A stretch of 63,092 bases of DNA, counting the filler, from Ministeria vibrans ATCC 50519 (lineage: Eukaryota > Protista > Filasterea): assembly GCA_943704425.1 (NCBI GenBank). It is 5 parts of 5 records of this genome, joined end to end, with 100 filler letters (N's around TTAATTAATTAA, not from the genome) between each part and the next. Parts side by side here need not be neighbours in the genome. Positions count along the whole stretch, not along the records: positions 61,843 to 63,092 come from CALSCP010002407.1; 4 more parts are not named here. The stretch is one strand, 5' to 3'. Each line of letters begins with the position of its first letter. The stretch's first letter is position 1. Made by a program: the position numbers and the translations under genes. The notes beneath the pieces are model-generated. The model searched no databases. It saw only the letters and a list, made by a program, of their open reading frames with translations, and had not been told where the DNA came from. This document shows, in pieces, positions 62,131-63,092 of this stretch.

Positions 62131-63092
62131 TCATAGCTCACCGGCCGTAAAGGCGCGCATGATCTCGGGCGTTGCGGTGTCAAAGCCCACCACATCGAGC
62201 ATTCCACGGTCGTCTGGATCGGCAATGGTGAACCCGTTGGAGCTCATGCCAACGACAATGAGACGCGCATCGGGCAGATTCATCTGTGAGCGGTATCGCT
62301 TGAGGGCAACTGTCGGATGGACCCACCCGGCCCACGTCTCACTGTCCGTGTACACGACAAACGTGTCAATGGTAAGTCGGTGCTTGAGCGCATAGAGCAT
62401 TGGCTGCGCACAGTCAGTGCCACCAAAGGGCAGATAAGCGGTTTTGTCAAGGACCTGTGCAAGTGACATGGACGTGTCAAGAGCCAAGGGCACGAGTGTC
62501 TCAGTGAACGCCATCGTCTTGCACAGAGGCTCGGTGTGCAACGCGACCATCGCCATGGCGGCAGACGCTTCTCGGCACGAGAGCACGTTGGAGCCGGCGC
62601 ACGGCGCGCACATGGAGCCACTTACGTCGAGTGCGAGCAAGTGGCGCTTGCCCGTCGACTTGATGGCGCCAAAGGCCAAGTAGAAGGCAGCATCGAGGGC
62701 TGCCGATACCTCGGGGTGCACCGTCCAGGCAAGGGAGCCCTTGACGCCACGGCCGCGCTCGTAGGTGCGCAGCGCCACCAGCACACTCATTGGGTGCACG
62801 CGCGCCTGGATGAGTCGGTTTGCGTCTCTGAGCTGCGCACACACACGCTCGAGTTGATCGGCACGGTCAAGCACACCGTTGGACGAGAGGCGACCGAGGT
62901 TGCGCATGAGTGCCGTCATGGGCATGTTCTCGAGAAGGGCGCACCAGACCTCCGGTTGGCGGAGCAATGGCGAAGGAACGTGTTCCCACGCGAGGTGGTG
63001 TCCTTTGATGAGTCCGCAAGCCTGTTCGATCACCTCCTCGGCAACAATCTCGGCACTGCCCGCCTGCTCGAGACCACGCAGTTCCTCGACGG
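62131..63092 (-). CDS. RO60: Ro60 (TROVE + vWA) RNA-binding protein, 3' part
   Basis: MPMTALMRNLGRL; ARVHPMSVL; LLALDVSGSM (MIDAS); GGTDCAQPM; YTDSETW; FTIADPDDRGMLDVVGFD. Confidence 0.95.
   Translation of the reverse strand, partial: VEELRGLEQAGSAEIVAEEVIEQACGLIKGHHLAWEHVPSPLLRQPEVWCALLENMPMTALMRNLGRLSSNGVLDRADQLERVCAQLRDANRLIQARVHPMSVLVALRTYERGRGVKGSLAWTVHPEVSAALDAAFYLAFGAIKSTGKRHLLALDVSGSMCAPCAGSNVLSCREASAAMAMVALHTEPLCKTMAFTETLVPLALDTSMSLAQVLDKTAYLPFGGTDCAQPMLYALKHRLTIDTFVVYTDSETWAGWVHPTVALKRYRSQMNLPDARLIVVGMSSNGFTIADPDDRGMLDVVGFDTATPEIMRAFTAGEL

Overview
Eukaryotic, gene-dense, intron-rich DNA with GT-AG introns that are often filled with microsatellites. The gene content (syntenin, class II PI3K, IRSp53-like I-BAR protein, NEDD4, WASHC4, many YxxP-type motifs) points to a unicellular holozoan, most plausibly a choanoflagellate; this is an inference. 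The window appears to be five contigs joined by artificial N-TTAATTAATTAA-N spacers (about 30363, 33057, 59994 and 61743), so genes are truncated there and synteny should not be read across them. I reconstructed 25 spliced genes or gene fragments by hand, most in tight head-to-head pairs. Exons missed by the ORF track reveal the most interesting features: (1) a Mn-type SOD with a signal peptide, acidic tail and KDEL-like NEEL end, whose ATG lies only 74 bp from a ceramide kinase that gains an in-frame signal peptide through two small upstream exons; (2) a class II PI3K ending in PX-SH3 instead of PX-C2; (3) a glutamate carboxypeptidase II homologue with type I topology and a YENV tail; (4) a granulin-SGNH fusion; (5) a two-RRM/RGG protein with a hidden mitochondrial presequence; (6) a six-SH3 scaffold paired divergently with an I-BAR/SH3/WH2 gene; (7) a dispersed minisatellite family, mostly intronic. 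All exon models are manual and no database searches were run.
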